Of a DNA stretch of 64,000 bases, positions 62,083-64,000 are shown piece after piece; positions within the stretch are counted from its first letter, which is position 1, and each line of letters begins with the position of its first letter. A model generated the notes under the pieces. The model was not told the origin of the DNA, ran no database searches, and saw only the letters and a program-made list of their open reading frames with translations. A program made the translations under genes and the position numbers. The stretch comes from Rhizophagus irregularis. Taxonomy: Eukaryota. The stretch covers positions 434,001 to 498,000 of the forward strand of contig NC_089436.1 of assembly GCF_026210795.1 (NCBI RefSeq), written 5' to 3'.

Positions 62083-64000
62083 ATGTCTGCTATTCGATAT
62101 GAATCAATTCTTGCTGCAATCCAAAAAGCAAATGAATTAACAGATTATTACGATAATTATAATGATTTAGATACACAACATGAATTTCAAAAACAAATAG
62201 TGCTTGCTGATACATCTCTTACAGAAAATGAAAAAACTGAAGCGATAAGAGAATTAAATAAGATTTATGATCGGAATAAAGTTCTTCATAATGAAGGAAT
62301 AAAAAGGATTTGTGAAAATTGTAACCAAAAATGTTTAGCTACATTATATTGTGAATATTGTGTTCGAAATTATCTAAAAGGGAATTTTCCAAATTGGACA
62401 TCTGGAAATGATGACGTTGATGATTTGATACAAAAATATCAGATGGAATCATTCAGACCTGATAATATAGTTGAATGGATTCCATATAATAATTTACAAA
62501 ATTTTGAATATTTAACAGAAGGTGGATTTTCTGAAATATATACAGCAACTTGGATTGATGGAAAATATGAAGAATGGGATTCTAAAGAAATAAAATTAAA
62601 AAGATTTGGAGATATTAAAATAATACTTAAAAAATTAGGAAATGTTGAAAGTGCAAACCGAAGGTGGTTTGAAGAGGTTTGTAATCAAAGCATTATGAAA
62701 CTTTTTTAACCTTAATTAATAAGCTTTACTGGTATTTTGGCAGGCTAAAACACATTTAACCATAAGCAATAAATGGCCACAATTTGTTCAATGTTTTGGT
62801 TTAACACAAGATCTATCAAATGGAAGTTTTATGCTTGTAATGTATAAAATGGATACGGATTTAAGAAAATATTTGCAACAAACGCACAATCAACTTACAT
62901 GGAAAGAGAAAATTAAGATAGCTTATGGTATAATTCTTGCACTTAGTATTATTCATAGTGAAAATGCAATTCATAGAGATTTACATTCTGGGAATATATT
63001 AAATTTGCAACTAAATCAGAAATGGTATATTAGCGATTTTGGATTTTGTGGTCCTGCTGATAAACCGCTAAATTGTATATTTGGAAACCTTCCGTATATA
63101 GCACCTGAAGTTATTACTGGAAAAGGGTATACTTTTGCATCTGATATTTATAGTTTTGCAATGCTTATGTGGGAAATTTCATCTGGACAACCACCGTTTA
63201 TGAATTATGAACATGATTATATTCTTGCAATAAAAATTATTGATGGTAAAAGACCAAAAATTGTATCAGGAACTCCATTAAGATATGCAAATTTAATGAA
63301 AAAATGTTGGGACGCTGATCCAGTAAGAAGACCTGATATTAATACACTTGTAGGCGAAATTTTTGATATGTATGAAAATAAACTAGACGAATTACCTCAA
63401 CCAAAAGCAAAGGATAAGATGAAAACGACAATACCTCAACCAAAAGCAAAGAATAAGATGAAAACGACAATACCTCAACCAAAAGCAAAGAATAAGATGG
63501 AAACGATAAGTAGCAAGTCGTTTACAAGTAAAATATATAACTTTGAAAATCTTCCTGAACCGAGAAATGCAACAGAAAGTAAGTCATGACTGGCAATTAA
63601 TCCTTTACTAACAACAAAAAATTTTTTTTTATTAATATCTTTCTGAACTTAATTACTTAAACAATATTAGAAGAACAAATAGGTAAAGTCAATGAAATTT
63701 TTGTTTACTTTAACATATATTTGATTATTATTATTGATTCTATAATAATAATGTTCCCTTTATTATTAGCACCATTTTATATTAGTAGATCTTATGACTT
63801 TAGTAGTTCTGATAATAGTGATAATAGTAAGTAATTATTAAATTACCATTAGATTTCATGTAATGAAATATAAAGAACAGACTTTAAAGCTTTATTATAT
63901 CAAATATCTGATTAATATTTCTTTTAGTTTCAAGTAAAAAATTATCGAAAGTATTTAAAAAATTACAGATAAATTCAAAGAATGGCAAGTAAAATATTTA
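62083..64000 (+). CDS. TKL protein kinase (3' end probably runs beyond the window)
   Basis: Exon 62083-62676, intron 62677-62743, exon 62744 to about 63578, then small AG/GT-bounded exons. CxxC..CxxC-NWTSGN-EWIPY N-terminus, TEGGF, HRDLHSGN, SDFG, PYIAPE. Confidence 0.88.
63393..63509 (+). repeat. In-frame 39-bp tandem repeat x3 (PQPKAK[D/N]KMKTTI)
   Basis: Units start at 63393, 63432 and 63471. Confidence 0.92.

Overview
Very AT-rich, intron-containing eukaryotic DNA. The gene content points to an arbuscular mycorrhizal fungus (Glomeromycotina, Rhizophagus-like); this is inferred from the TKL kinases with 'NWTSGN..EWIPY' N-termini, a BTB-TLDc pseudogene, a Crinkler remnant and a TPR-SET gene. 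Genes: a 10-exon TKL kinase built from nine phase-0 tandem exon modules with one in-frame stop (12304-17661), a SAM methyltransferase, a Q/N-rich hypothetical protein, a 6-exon helical protein with a glycine-rich hydrophobic hairpin, an intronless TPR-SET protein and a second TKL kinase running off the end. Much of the rest is mobile DNA: a Sola3-type transposon (TTAA TSD, 28-bp TIRs, FYR-like N-terminus) interrupted by a 3.8-kb non-coding TIR element, Tc1 and LINE relics, a Helitron, a truncated retro-insertion with a highly structured 3' end, and hAT-, MULE-, pogo- and CCCTATA-type MITEs. The most unusual signal is a recurring architecture in or beside several unrelated non-autonomous elements: tandem arrays of micro-exons separated by short introns with splice signals but no coherent ORF, suggesting TE-borne multi-spliced non-coding transcripts. 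All calls were made by eye and no database search was run.
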